This document shows positions 24,271-33,748 of a DNA stretch of 64,000 nucleotides, piece after piece. The position numbers were made by a program, and so were the translations under genes. The first letter of the stretch is position 1; every line of letters starts with the position of its first letter. The notes beneath the pieces were generated by a model. It saw nothing but the letters and a program-made list of their open reading frames with translations, was not told the DNA's origin and did not search any database. The DNA comes from a virus (taxonomy: Duplodnaviria > Caudoviricetes), in the IMG/VR virus record IMGVR_UViG_3300023275_000004, positions 61,619 to 125,618 of that record; one strand, written 5' to 3'.

Positions 24271-24345
24271 ATCAAACGAAAAGTCAGGCACTCGGTAAAC
24301 CTGATGTGGCAGCCCCTATATCTGCGCTCTCTTCGTTCTTTTATT

Positions 24346-24374
24346 ACTCTATCAAAACCTAACTCTCAAGTCAA
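24346..24374 (-). promoter_or_regulatory. sigma70-type promoter
   Basis: TTGACT-17bp-TAGAGT upstream of tRNA cluster. Confidence 0.6.
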
Positions 24375-24641
24375 GTCCTGAAGTTCTTTCTTGGCTTGAT
24401 TAACGCCTTCACGAATCATGGCTAGGAACTTCTCCATGTCATCAAAGCTTAGCATAATCGGCCCGTTCATTGCAAGGTGAACATTCTTACCAATCGTACT
24501 AGACCACTTAGCATCTCTAGTGTAGTGCCTGTAATCGTATCCGTCAAGCCCTACGACTACAAGAACGTTAGCGTACCTGGAGTCTATACTGAACGTAGCC
24601 TGTGGAGGCTTACCCTTTTTACGAACAATCTTGATGTCCAT
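24366..24641 (-). CDS. hypothetical protein
   Basis: 91 aa, RBS GGAGG. Confidence 0.7.
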   Translation of the reverse strand: MDIKIVRKKGKPPQATFSIDSRYANVLVVVGLDGYDYRHYTRDAKWSSTIGKNVHLAMNGPIMLSFDDMEKFLAMIREGVNQAKKELQDLT

Positions 24642-24671
24642 TATATTTCAACCTCCACAGGCTAGGAATGA

Positions 24672-25784
24672 TCAGTGACGGTGACGGAAACCACGGTGGC
24701 AAGAGTCACAGCGATCATTAGAGCTAGCTACAATGTCTCCACCAACGCGCATCAGACGAGAAACTTGATCCGGGTCCATATCCGAATCGTTCGCTACCTG
24801 AGTGAACGCCTGCATCAAACTATACATGGTCAGCGTGTCTTCGTCAACCAGGGCATCCGTAATAGTTCCCTGAAGATTCCTAGGAATCTTGTACTTGTCA
24901 AAGTAGTCCTCCAGTACGTCTACTGTGTGACCCTGAAGGTTGATACTCGTCATAGCCTGAATGCTGTCCAGAGAGCCCTCAAGGCCACCCAGAACCTCAT
25001 CTACAGCCTCACGAGCCCACTCGTAGACTTCCTCAGACTGACCAGCCTGTCCACGACGCGACCAAGGCTCAACCTCGTTTGCCACATCGATAGAACCGTT
25101 AGTGCACCACCAACGGAACTGATAGCCCTTGATAGAAGTCTGACCCTTACCGATCAGCGAGTTACGGAAGTCAACACCAACCGACCACGTATCATTCTCC
25201 GTACCCGAATTCTCGATGTCCCTGCGGTACTCAGGGATGATAAATCGAGCGTGTGTGCCAGCCATCGTGTGACTGAACTTGTAGTCTACAAGAACCTCAC
25301 CCTGACCGTACTTAGCCTCGATACCGTCGAGAATCTTCTCAACCAGCAGAACATTCGAGTAAGGCTTGATCGACGCACGAACAATAGCGCCGCCAACGCC
25401 GTTAACCGACATGAGCTTGTGAGCCTTCTCTTCACCGAATCCCGAACGGAACCAGTAGTTGAGCAGAGGCTCAACCAGCTCCGGAGGAGTGTCAGAGGCA
25501 AAGCCCTTAGGGAGGCGAATCAGAGACATAGCCTCAAAAAGCGCATCCTGAGTGAGCTGTACTTCCGTGCCGTTAACCGACACGGAAGCATCAATTACCT
25601 CTGTACCCTGACGAGATTCAGCTCCGTGGTTCCAGCCTGGATTCAGGCGGAAACGTACATCAGTAGTGTTGTCAAACGTAAGGCTGTCGATAGGTTCAGT
25701 TGCCGCAAGACGATTACGAACATCATCGAGCGAAAGCAGCTTGCCTCGCATCTGATCAACAGTCACAGTCGATGCATGTGTCAC
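24672..25784 (-). CDS. DUF932-like domain protein
   Basis: FRNSLIG...FRWWCTNG motif. Confidence 0.65.
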   Translation of the reverse strand: MTHASTVTVDQMRGKLLSLDDVRNRLAATEPIDSLTFDNTTDVRFRLNPGWNHGAESRQGTEVIDASVSVNGTEVQLTQDALFEAMSLIRLPKGFASDTPPELVEPLLNYWFRSGFGEEKAHKLMSVNGVGGAIVRASIKPYSNVLLVEKILDGIEAKYGQGEVLVDYKFSHTMAGTHARFIIPEYRRDIENSGTENDTWSVGVDFRNSLIGKGQTSIKGYQFRWWCTNGSIDVANEVEPWSRRGQAGQSEEVYEWAREAVDEVLGGLEGSLDSIQAMTSINLQGHTVDVLEDYFDKYKIPRNLQGTITDALVDEDTLTMYSLMQAFTQVANDSDMDPDQVSRLMRVGGDIVASSNDRCDSCHRGFRHRH

Positions 25785-25835
25785 GTTGCTTACCTCCTAG
25801 AAGTTTTCCTTTGTTGAGCTAATTCTAACAGAATT

Positions 25836-27002
25836 TCAGTCTGCTAGCAAATCCTCATCTACCAGCGACGGAAGATCACTATCTTCCTCACCCTCAACTA
25901 CCGGGCTCTCTGTCACCACTGAGGCTACCAGAGTACGACACAGATCCACAACCAGCTTACGCCACTCTGGGTGCTCGTCGGCAAACTTCATCAACGTAGA
26001 TTCTCCGTGAATGTAAGCGTTACCTTCCTTGGAGATGTCCATGTCTGGATGAATCAGCTCTGGCGACTTGTCAAAGTAGAAATATCCTGAGGTGCCATAA
26101 ATTTTCTTATTAGCAGCTAGAACATTCTTAGCGGTCCACATGTCATCGAAGCCCTTACCGAAGCGGACTCGCACGATAGCCTCCTTGTACGGAGGAGCGA
26201 CCTTATTCTTAACAATCTTCACCTTGACGTTGGAAGCGATTGTTTCTGGCTTCTTGAGTCCAGTAAGAGGGTCCTTTACTTCTCCCTTGATCTGAGAGAC
26301 TGGCGCGTACTCAATCCTCATAGAGGCATAGAACTTCAGAGAAACGCCGCCAGGGGTCGTCTTAACGGGACCAGCAGGGCCTCCTATACCAACCTTTTCC
26401 TTCAAGTGATTGATGAAGATAGCTAACGTGCCTGTTTCCATAAGGATCGGGTTAAGTTGCTGCATCAGAACTGACATCAGCCTGGCCTGTGGAGCGACTT
26501 GCACCTTTCCAACTTCATTATCACGAAGCGCGGCAGGAATCATGGAAGCCACAGAGTCAAAAATAACTACTCGAACTTTCCCAGTCTTGATCAGACTGAC
26601 CGCAAAGTTAGCTCCATCCTCGAACAGGTTTGGCTGCGCGAAAATAAAACTGTCGTGGTCCGTGTCCAAGCCAAGATTCTTGGCGTAAACCGGGTCCATA
26701 GCCTGCTCATAGTCCAAATAAAGAATGTACTCATCTAGACCATTGGCAATGATGTCCTTCTGGTGGTTAGCTGCAACCATCAGAGCAGTAGTTGTCTTGC
26801 TTGACGCTGGCGGTCCAAAAAGTTCAACGCTACGACCTAGAGGAAGTCCTCCTACACCAGTGATGTAATCAATAGCAATACTGCCAGTGCTAATAGTAGG
26901 GTGATTCTCCGCTACCTTATTCATTGGCCCAGCATCGATATCGTACTTCTTCTTAGCGTCCTTTAGCAGGGCGTTAATATCCATCTTAGCTTTACCTGGC
27001 AT
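25836..27002 (-). CDS. recA: RecA-like recombinase
   Basis: ISTGS, GLPLGR, GPPASSKTT, DSVASM, QARLMS, IFINH, TPGG.SLKFYAS, KNKVAPP. Confidence 0.95.
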   Translation of the reverse strand: MPGKAKMDINALLKDAKKKYDIDAGPMNKVAENHPTISTGSIAIDYITGVGGLPLGRSVELFGPPASSKTTTALMVAANHQKDIIANGLDEYILYLDYEQAMDPVYAKNLGLDTDHDSFIFAQPNLFEDGANFAVSLIKTGKVRVVIFDSVASMIPAALRDNEVGKVQVAPQARLMSVLMQQLNPILMETGTLAIFINHLKEKVGIGGPAGPVKTTPGGVSLKFYASMRIEYAPVSQIKGEVKDPLTGLKKPETIASNVKVKIVKNKVAPPYKEAIVRVRFGKGFDDMWTAKNVLAANKKIYGTSGYFYFDKSPELIHPDMDISKEGNAYIHGESTLMKFADEHPEWRKLVVDLCRTLVASVVTESPVVEGEEDSDLPSLVDEDLLAD

Positions 27003-27613
27003 CAGACCTTCTTCTTTCTCTCAGGCGTCACTTTATCTGTGTATCTTTGTGTTCCATCAACGTCAAATGTACCGTGCTTTTCCAGCTGATCCAAACCCCA
27101 AATGCCAATTAAGTAGGCTGCACAATAGTCAGTCATTACTTTCTTAGCTAGATTCCTTTCTACTGCCTTCATTCCCTCTTCTACCAAATTGGGAGGCGTG
27201 TAGAAATTTCTTTGAGCTACTGGAACAACTGCGTCAGGCCACTTCTCATCGGCTACTCGTTTATAGGATCTCTGCCACAGTGCAGGAGGCACGAATAAAA
27301 TTTTATCTCGCTGTCCATACTGCTCCATAACTTCTGCGATCCTGCCTTGGATACGACACACTCTCTTTACAAGCGCGGCAAACTTCAATCCATGAGGCAG
27401 ATCTTCAATCAACATAACTTGCGGAGGAGTATCAACGTAGTTGGCTGGATCAAAGGGACTACAGATCTGATGAACAAATTCCATCTCTGTCGGATGCCAT
27501 GAATCCCAACCACTCACTACCTTTGCCTCTGATGGGTATGGTGGTAGCGAATAATTTATTTTTAACGCTGCTGAATATCTAGCAGCAAGATCAACACTTA
27601 CTAGGCTTGCCAT
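27002..27613 (-). CDS. RuvC-like Holliday junction resolvase (putative)
   Basis: VSVD near N-terminus, IED, P..W, D..AA..IG pattern; next to recA. Confidence 0.55.
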   Translation of the reverse strand: MASLVSVDLAARYSAALKINYSLPPYPSEAKVVSGWDSWHPTEMEFVHQICSPFDPANYVDTPPQVMLIEDLPHGLKFAALVKRVCRIQGRIAEVMEQYGQRDKILFVPPALWQRSYKRVADEKWPDAVVPVAQRNFYTPPNLVEEGMKAVERNLAKKVMTDYCAAYLIGIWGLDQLEKHGTFDVDGTQRYTDKVTPERKKKV

Positions 27614-27666
27614 TCGTTCTCCTCAAATAAAGAAGGCCCCCTCAATAGAAGGAGCCTTCCTAAAAT

Positions 27667-27855
27667 TTACTTCGGATCATTCTCGTCTGCATGCCCACAG
27701 TTTCTAATGATCTTAACTACCTTCCAAGTTCCGTCAGTTTGACGTTCCTCGGTGTAAAAGGTCATCATTGCTGCCCTACAGACGAGACAAGTTGATAACT
27801 TGCTAGACTTTCTAACGTCCAGATCATCCATCAGACATCCAGAAGGTCTTCCCAA
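27667..27855 (-). CDS. small Cys-containing hypothetical protein
   Basis: CLVC...CGH. Confidence 0.55.
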   Translation of the reverse strand: MGRPSGCLMDDLDVRKSSKLSTCLVCRAAMMTFYTEERQTDGTWKVVKIIRNCGHADENDPK

Positions 27856-28730
27856 GTGGCAGCCTTAGGCTCTGTCTTGTCAGCAGGCTTAGTGGTAACC
27901 GCAGGAGTCTCAGCAGGCTTCTCGTCCAGCAGGTTGTTCAGGCTGTCAGTCAGACCCGGAAGTTCCTTAGCAGCCAGCGTAGGCTCAGCGCCCTTGCCAT
28001 TCACTGTACGGTGAGCTTCACGAATCTTCTCGATGTCCTGGTCAATCCAACGCTGCTCTGTGTTCCTACCAACCAAGCTCAGAAGGTCGCCAGCACGGTT
28101 AGCCTTAAGCGTTGCGAGAGTAGTCTCACGGTACTCAGGGCTGCTGTTCCAAAGAGCCTTTACATCATAATTAATGTCAAACTTCTGGAACTGAGGATCG
28201 GTGCAAGGACCAAGCAGAAGGTCATGCTCCTGAAGGGAGCCAACAATTGACGCAATATCAACCAACTTGTTGAAAATAACGTCAGTGAACTGCCACACCA
28301 AAATGTTAACTCCGTACGGAGCATCAGTCAGGTTGAAGTTGGCAGGGTTGGTGTTGTACTTAACAACGTGAACAGCGAACCTACGCTTCGGAGCCTCAGC
28401 CATAGCTGAATTCTCCTTAGCCAGAGCACAGACGGCACAGTTCTTTGGATCGATACCAACCTCGCCCAGCGTGTCCTCATCGCCCTTACAGCGTGAACGG
28501 CTCAGCCAATCAGTGACTAGCGCCTGGAAAGTAGTTCCATCCTTGCGGTCTACACTCTTGTAGACTGGCTTACCATCTACGATCTTAGGAGCGCGAAGAT
28601 CGTGAACGTAAGCAAACTCAGGATTCTCCAGAATCGCAACGCGGACGCGCTGGTTCTTGTCAAGCTTCAGCTTAGGAAAGTCTGAAACTGCCTGAGTCTT
28701 GTTCTTGGTCTCGAACGTAATCTTAGCCAT
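27831..28730 (-). CDS. single-stranded DNA-binding protein (gp32-like, putative)
   Basis: Zn-binding cysteines, acidic C-terminal tail WEDLLDV, position in recombination module. Confidence 0.6.
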   Translation of the reverse strand: MAKITFETKNKTQAVSDFPKLKLDKNQRVRVAILENPEFAYVHDLRAPKIVDGKPVYKSVDRKDGTTFQALVTDWLSRSRCKGDEDTLGEVGIDPKNCAVCALAKENSAMAEAPKRRFAVHVVKYNTNPANFNLTDAPYGVNILVWQFTDVIFNKLVDIASIVGSLQEHDLLLGPCTDPQFQKFDINYDVKALWNSSPEYRETTLATLKANRAGDLLSLVGRNTEQRWIDQDIEKIREAHRTVNGKGAEPTLAAKELPGLTDSLNNLLDEKPAETPAVTTKPADKTEPKAATWEDLLDV

Positions 28731-28818
28731 TATTTTAATTCCTGTTCTCTGTTTTTACGGCGACCGTTGTTCGGCCAGCTCTACAATATATTACCAGTTC
28801 AGAGTGCCTTGTTCCAAC

Positions 28819-29349
28819 TTATGAAGTTGTGTATTCCATAGCATTTACCATTGGTACAGCCTTGATTCTAGCAAGCAAATCCTGTCGTGCTGAATCTAGA
28901 CCTCGATACATCTTCTGCAAAGCATCTACTGTCTCCTCTGTCCAAGAAAGAACTTCTTCAGCCTTTCTGGCAGCTTGGCGCTCTTCAATAGATGCCATGT
29001 TAGCCGTAGCATACTTCTCCCTAGGAGCCGTAAACTCCTGAGCCGCTACCAAGCTAACAGTTTTCTTTTCCTTTATCTGAGACAGACTTTCATCCCATTT
29101 ATCACTAGCATCATTTTGAGCTGCCTTGAATGTTCTAGAGGCATCACCTTTGCGAATAATGGCTCTAACCATTAGGTACTCAATTCTATCCAGCCTAGCT
29201 CTGTAGTCTTGGAGAACTGCCAACATAATTGAGGTATCATCATCTGCTTTCGCAATTGGTGCGTTATACCTCAGTTCCACAGCTTCCTTAAGATACTCAG
29301 ACATTAGCTGTGGAATTGATTTAGACGGGCTTGTGCTCGAATCTGTCAC
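28819..29349 (-). CDS. helical hypothetical protein (possible recombination mediator)
   Basis: 176-aa coiled-coil ORF upstream of SSB. Confidence 0.6.
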   Translation of the reverse strand: MTDSSTSPSKSIPQLMSEYLKEAVELRYNAPIAKADDDTSIMLAVLQDYRARLDRIEYLMVRAIIRKGDASRTFKAAQNDASDKWDESLSQIKEKKTVSLVAAQEFTAPREKYATANMASIEERQAARKAEEVLSWTEETVDALQKMYRGLDSARQDLLARIKAVPMVNAMEYTTS

Positions 29350-29722
29350 CTAGAACCTCCTTGTTAATGGCTAGAAGCCAACCAGGAATATTTCCTTCTG
29401 TCCTGATAATGACTTGATCAGCCTTCTCAGGATAGACCTGATCATGAAGTTGAACAAAGCCAGTAAGCAAGCCCTTGAAGAAAACTGACACCTTCTCCTG
29501 CTCTTCCAAGGCTCCACGGGTATACACAATAGCATCCTGAAGCTCTTCATAAAGGTCCTGAAGAAAATTTCTTCCGTTGTATGCCTGAAGCAGCGAATCG
29601 TACTTCTTCAGACCGAAATCCTTGCGCTCAGTAATATCTGAGATAACGAGATCGTGCATGGAAGCCCCGCTAGTAGAAATAGGCTTCGGCTCGCCATGCT
29701 CATAGTCTGGCGTGTTACCCAT
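29321..29722 (-). CDS. all-alpha NTP pyrophosphatase (MazG-like) domain protein, putative
   Basis: R..FG.KKY...LYEELQDAIVY. Confidence 0.5.
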   Translation of the reverse strand: MGNTPDYEHGEPKPISTSGASMHDLVISDITERKDFGLKKYDSLLQAYNGRNFLQDLYEELQDAIVYTRGALEEQEKVSVFFKGLLTGFVQLHDQVYPEKADQVIIRTEGNIPGWLLAINKEVLGDRFEHKPV

Positions 29723-29930
29723 ATGTAATAATCACTTCCTCTAAGGTACCTGGAGCGGTTCCTGTGCCTGAAAAATCTGATTCTTGATAGTCGTTAATCT
29801 CTGCGCCTAGTTCTTTGATTACGGACATAAAATCCTCATCACGAATACTATGGCCTTGGAAACGGCATACTCCGTCAACATAGAGAGCCGCCCAATCACC
29901 GTTCTGATCATAAATCAGATCAACTTTCAT
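29715..29930 (-). CDS. hypothetical protein
   Basis: ORF trimmed to ATG 29930. Confidence 0.6.
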   Translation of the reverse strand: MKVDLIYDQNGDWAALYVDGVCRFQGHSIRDEDFMSVIKELGAEINDYQESDFSGTGTAPGTLEEVIITYG

Positions 29931-30234
29931 CGGAGGCTGAGATTTCACGTAGCTTGTTAATAACATTTTCCTTAGTCTTCTTCATCCTGTCCAAATCTTC
30001 CTGGACATCTTCTCGGGGCATGTTAAAGGCAAGGATCATAGAGTTGAACAGGTGAATCTCTGCCTCTGCTGTAAGAAGCAAAAAGGCCAGCCTTGAGCCT
30101 ACCTGCTTACGCTCAATGTCTAGCTCAGCCTCATAAAGAATGCTGGCAAGATCATTCTCGTCAACCTCTACTTCAACCTTTTTCCAGTCTTGGCTTCCGA
30201 CTACTGTGCCGGAATACATGCGTACAACCCTCAT
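29920..30234 (-). CDS. hypothetical protein
   Basis: 104 aa, RBS AGGAG. Confidence 0.7.
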   Translation of the reverse strand: MRVVRMYSGTVVGSQDWKKVEVEVDENDLASILYEAELDIERKQVGSRLAFLLLTAEAEIHLFNSMILAFNMPREDVQEDLDRMKKTKENVINKLREISASDES

Positions 30235-30284
30235 GTCATCTCCTGTTCGCTTTTCTCAAGTTTACTGTAGTTAGGGCGTCGGCC

Positions 30285-32720
30285 CTAGAGCGCTAGTCCT
30301 GCAAAGACATCTGAGGGATCAACCTCATCTACCGGGCAGTATACTCTAGCGCCACCTAGAGCCAACGAAATCTTTGCTTGTGCTGCTGCTCCTAGGGAGG
30401 TACCCAAAGGAAGCTCTACATCGCCCTCAGGAGTCTTGAGGGATACCTTGGTGCTACCAGGGTTAGCCTTCAGTAGAGCTACGAACCTCTTATAAGACTC
30501 CAACTCTGGCATATGATCCAACTCCACCACCAAAGCACTATCACTACTTACCGGTTCAAAAACTTCAGGTTCTGAAATTTCTGTCTCAGGCTCTTCGGGA
30601 GTAGCCAAAGGTTCAATAACTGGCTCATCATCAGGAGGAGCAAGCATCTCGCCCTTCTTAATCCAGATAGATCCGTCATCCTTCAAGATGATGTCCTTAA
30701 CTGAGCCCCACTTCTGACCAATGTGCCAGTCAGCAACCATGTTGGGCCATCCATCGATAGGAAATACTACGGCTGGTCGAATGATGTTGATAGCTGTCTT
30801 CAAATCAATAGACCTATGTACGTAGAATTCCAGCGCGTCATGCACATTCATAACTAGCTTAATTTTGTCAGCTAATCCTGCTGCTGCAATTGCCTTGTGG
30901 GCACGCACCATAGCAATACGAGGATAGTCCCCAGTAGCCGCACCCTGAATTGGATAGTTGAAGGCGTTCCTGTCTCCACCTGATCTAATCCAGTGCTTGT
31001 CACTTTCATATGCCCAGATCGGGCACTTACGACCGAAACGAGTAAGTACGTAGTGATGCTTACGACCAAACTCAATCTGCCTATCAACCCAAACCTTGAT
31101 GTTCGAGTAAGCCGAGAAGTACATAGCAAACAGCTCTTCAGCTTCCTCAACGGAGATAGCCAGACGATCAGCCAAAGATTTAGCGCCCATACCGTAAAGA
31201 AGAGCGAAATTACAAGTTTTTCCAATTGCTCGGTCTTCCTTGGTAACTTCAGAAATATCCTTACGCAACATAAGGGCAGCCGTAGCTGAGTGAACATCCA
31301 CTCCTGACTCGAAGGCGTCTAGTAGAGCCTTCTCACCAGCCTCGCCTGCAATAGCTCGTAGTTCGGCCTGGCTGAGGTCGAATCCGAGGATGTAGTAGTC
31401 GTCGGGAGCAATAATTGCGTCGCGGAAATTGAATTTGAACGTCTCACCAGATCTGAGTTCATACCAGTGACTAAACGTCCTACCAGTCTTTTCACCATTT
31501 TTACGGTTCAGCACTCCATTCTCGTCTACGAATTCTTCAATGCCGTCTTTGGGAGCCTGTTGGTAGTTAGGATCTGAGGCTGAGAATCGCCCAGTAACTA
31601 CGAAAGCCTGGTTAAGACCAGGATGCACCCTGCCATCAGGAGCATAGCCATATTCCTTCTCGTACTTAACGAGATAGGAAGTAAGCAGCTTCTTTAAGCC
31701 CTTCCACTCATGGATTTTCTTAACTACTGGGTACTGCCTGGAAAGTGCCTCAAGCGCAATAGCGTCCGTCGACATTTTCTTTTCGTCAGAATCCTTACTG
31801 CCCTTCGTATATCTAGTAGTACTCATTCCTAGCTTATTGTAAAGAATGTTAGCTAATTGAGGAGATGAGCCTAGGTTGATGTTGACTGGTTCACCAACCA
31901 TTTCAGAAAGATCTTCTTGGATCTCCGCATTAATTTTCTCTACGAAACTTTCTGCCTGCTCACGAGTCTTACGGAAAAGCTCCCAGTCAAACTTAAGACC
32001 AAAGTCTTCCATATCACAGAGAACATACATGAGTTCCATATCTACCTTGTAGAGGAACTTATCTACAACCATAGGATGATACAACTCGTGAACTGCTAGA
32101 CACCAAAGGGCATCCTCACAAGCATAATCGATTACTTTAGGCTCTAGTTCCAGCTCATTGAATCGCAGAGTATTCATCTTGTTAGCTGGAAGGTCGAACA
32201 GCTCTTCGATTTTGATCATCTTATGACCGAATAGAGACTCAACCAGAGCTTTAAGACCGTGAGCCTTTTCCTCACCTACTAAGAAGGACTCAATCCAAGT
32301 ATCACTTCTGACCTTAAAATATCCATTGGTCTTTCTTACAGCCTCACCAAAGATAGGATCATCCCAAAGCTGCTCACGAAAGAATCTAGACATGTTCCTA
32401 AGCTCGAAGCCAGCGTTGTGTGCAACGATAAGCCCTGAATTCATCAGGGGCCAAAGTAACTTAGCTGCCTCAAGGTTATCCAGGTTATCAGCCATGTCAT
32501 GATTCAAGGCAGCATACCTAGCCCACTGCTGAGAGTTAGTAAAGCTAAATCCAGCAATAAGGTTAGTTTCAATATGCACTGAGCCCTTTTTTACAGGTGG
32601 TCCAACGTAGCCTGTCTCAAGGTCATAACCTACAGGCTTTTGCTCCTCGATAAGCTTCTCGAAGTATTCGCCTAGCTCTTTGATGGACTCTACGCGACCG
32701 TAGTTTTTTACAGACATCAA
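30285..32720 (-). CDS. polA: family A DNA polymerase with 3'-5' exonuclease and extra C-terminal domain
   Basis: DLETG, HNAGFE, YACEDA, TGRFS, DLSQAELR, R...K..NFALLYG, VHD. Confidence 0.95.
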   Translation of the reverse strand: MMSVKNYGRVESIKELGEYFEKLIEEQKPVGYDLETGYVGPPVKKGSVHIETNLIAGFSFTNSQQWARYAALNHDMADNLDNLEAAKLLWPLMNSGLIVAHNAGFELRNMSRFFREQLWDDPIFGEAVRKTNGYFKVRSDTWIESFLVGEEKAHGLKALVESLFGHKMIKIEELFDLPANKMNTLRFNELELEPKVIDYACEDALWCLAVHELYHPMVVDKFLYKVDMELMYVLCDMEDFGLKFDWELFRKTREQAESFVEKINAEIQEDLSEMVGEPVNINLGSSPQLANILYNKLGMSTTRYTKGSKDSDEKKMSTDAIALEALSRQYPVVKKIHEWKGLKKLLTSYLVKYEKEYGYAPDGRVHPGLNQAFVVTGRFSASDPNYQQAPKDGIEEFVDENGVLNRKNGEKTGRTFSHWYELRSGETFKFNFRDAIIAPDDYYILGFDLSQAELRAIAGEAGEKALLDAFESGVDVHSATAALMLRKDISEVTKEDRAIGKTCNFALLYGMGAKSLADRLAISVEEAEELFAMYFSAYSNIKVWVDRQIEFGRKHHYVLTRFGRKCPIWAYESDKHWIRSGGDRNAFNYPIQGAATGDYPRIAMVRAHKAIAAAGLADKIKLVMNVHDALEFYVHRSIDLKTAINIIRPAVVFPIDGWPNMVADWHIGQKWGSVKDIILKDDGSIWIKKGEMLAPPDDEPVIEPLATPEEPETEISEPEVFEPVSSDSALVVELDHMPELESYKRFVALLKANPGSTKVSLKTPEGDVELPLGTSLGAAAQAKISLALGGARVYCPVDEVDPSDVFAGLAL

Positions 32721-33184
32721 ACCTCCGTCTCAAGCTCTCCATCGGCAAACTTCACGATGTTTTCCGTTACTGAGATCGTAACAGGCTTGATAGGTTCCTT
32801 CCTAGTCTCCACATAATCGTGAAAAACGGTAGGAACGTATTCAAACTTTTGACGGGTACGTTCTTTCCAATGGAGATTACGGTGCTCTTCCATGGAGTAT
32901 CTTGTTCCGTCTTCTGCAACATAGTAAGAGCCATCTTTGATGTGCGTCCCGCTAGCTGCCCAGGGGTTTATTCTTTTCCCTGTTCTAGTGTCAACACTGT
33001 ATGAGTTGGGCGTATGACTTGTCCAACGTGATCCAGCGAGAGGCTGAATCTTTACCTTGCCCTTATCAGTAATTTCCACTACCTGACCCTTGACAAGGTT
33101 AATACATCTACCTGCCGACTGAGCGTAAATTACGTAATCACCTGGCTTGTATTCATTTCCTAGGAAGTCTGTTTTGGTTTGCAC
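32717..33184 (-). CDS. hypothetical protein
   Basis: 155-aa ORF coupled to polymerase. Confidence 0.7.
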   Translation of the reverse strand: MQTKTDFLGNEYKPGDYVIYAQSAGRCINLVKGQVVEITDKGKVKIQPLAGSRWTSHTPNSYSVDTRTGKRINPWAASGTHIKDGSYYVAEDGTRYSMEEHRNLHWKERTRQKFEYVPTVFHDYVETRKEPIKPVTISVTENIVKFADGELETEV

Positions 33185-33629
33185 AGCGTCGTCTCATCTC
33201 TGGATACATAATTTTTTGTAGGTTTGTTTCTGCTTGGTGACATGTAGTGCATAGCATTTCTAGATTATCGTGATGATGCATACACGAAAAAGAGCTTTTG
33301 TCTCCTAATCGTGGAATTATATGGTTACATTCTAGTGCCAAGCCATTCTTAATCAGAACTGGCTCGCATGTTCCGCAGTGAGCACAAACAGGATGTCTAT
33401 GCTCACCCTTAAATCTAGGACAAGGACAGACACCCTTAGATGTACGTACACACCAACGTCTTGCTTGCGTGTACCTGTGCTGATCCCTGAACATCTTCAT
33501 ACAGGAACCATCATGCCAGACGCGACGCCTCGGCCCTAGTGTCAAATTACACCAGCGACACTTACTCTCGTCACCGTCCCACTGAGAGAGTGGGCACAGT
33601 CTAGGATCTACTAGCACAACATCGGACAA
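33153..33629 (-). CDS. HNH endonuclease-like protein
   Basis: LECNHIIP...HHDNLEMLCTTCH. Confidence 0.75.
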   Translation of the reverse strand: MSDVVLVDPRLCPLSQWDGDESKCRWCNLTLGPRRRVWHDGSCMKMFRDQHRYTQARRWCVRTSKGVCPCPRFKGEHRHPVCAHCGTCEPVLIKNGLALECNHIIPRLGDKSSFSCMHHHDNLEMLCTTCHQAETNLQKIMYPEMRRRCANQNRLPRK

Positions 33630-33651
33630 TCGCTCTTTTCTTACAATATTG

Positions 33652-33733
33652 TAGGGGTGAAGGGACTTGAACCCTCACGCCTTTCGGCACTGGGTTTTGA
33701 ATCCAGCATGTCTGCCAATTCCATCACACCCCC
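33652..33733 (-). tRNA. tRNA-Leu (CAA)
   Basis: CTGGA-TTCAAAA-CCCAG, long variable arm; isolated within replication module. Confidence 0.92.
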
Positions 33734-33748
33734 AGGTCTACGTACATA

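Noticed and set aside
24675-25817. 380-aa plus-strand ORF
   Set aside because: Antisense shadow of the DUF932-like gene; no motif or RBS, and all neighbours are on the minus strand
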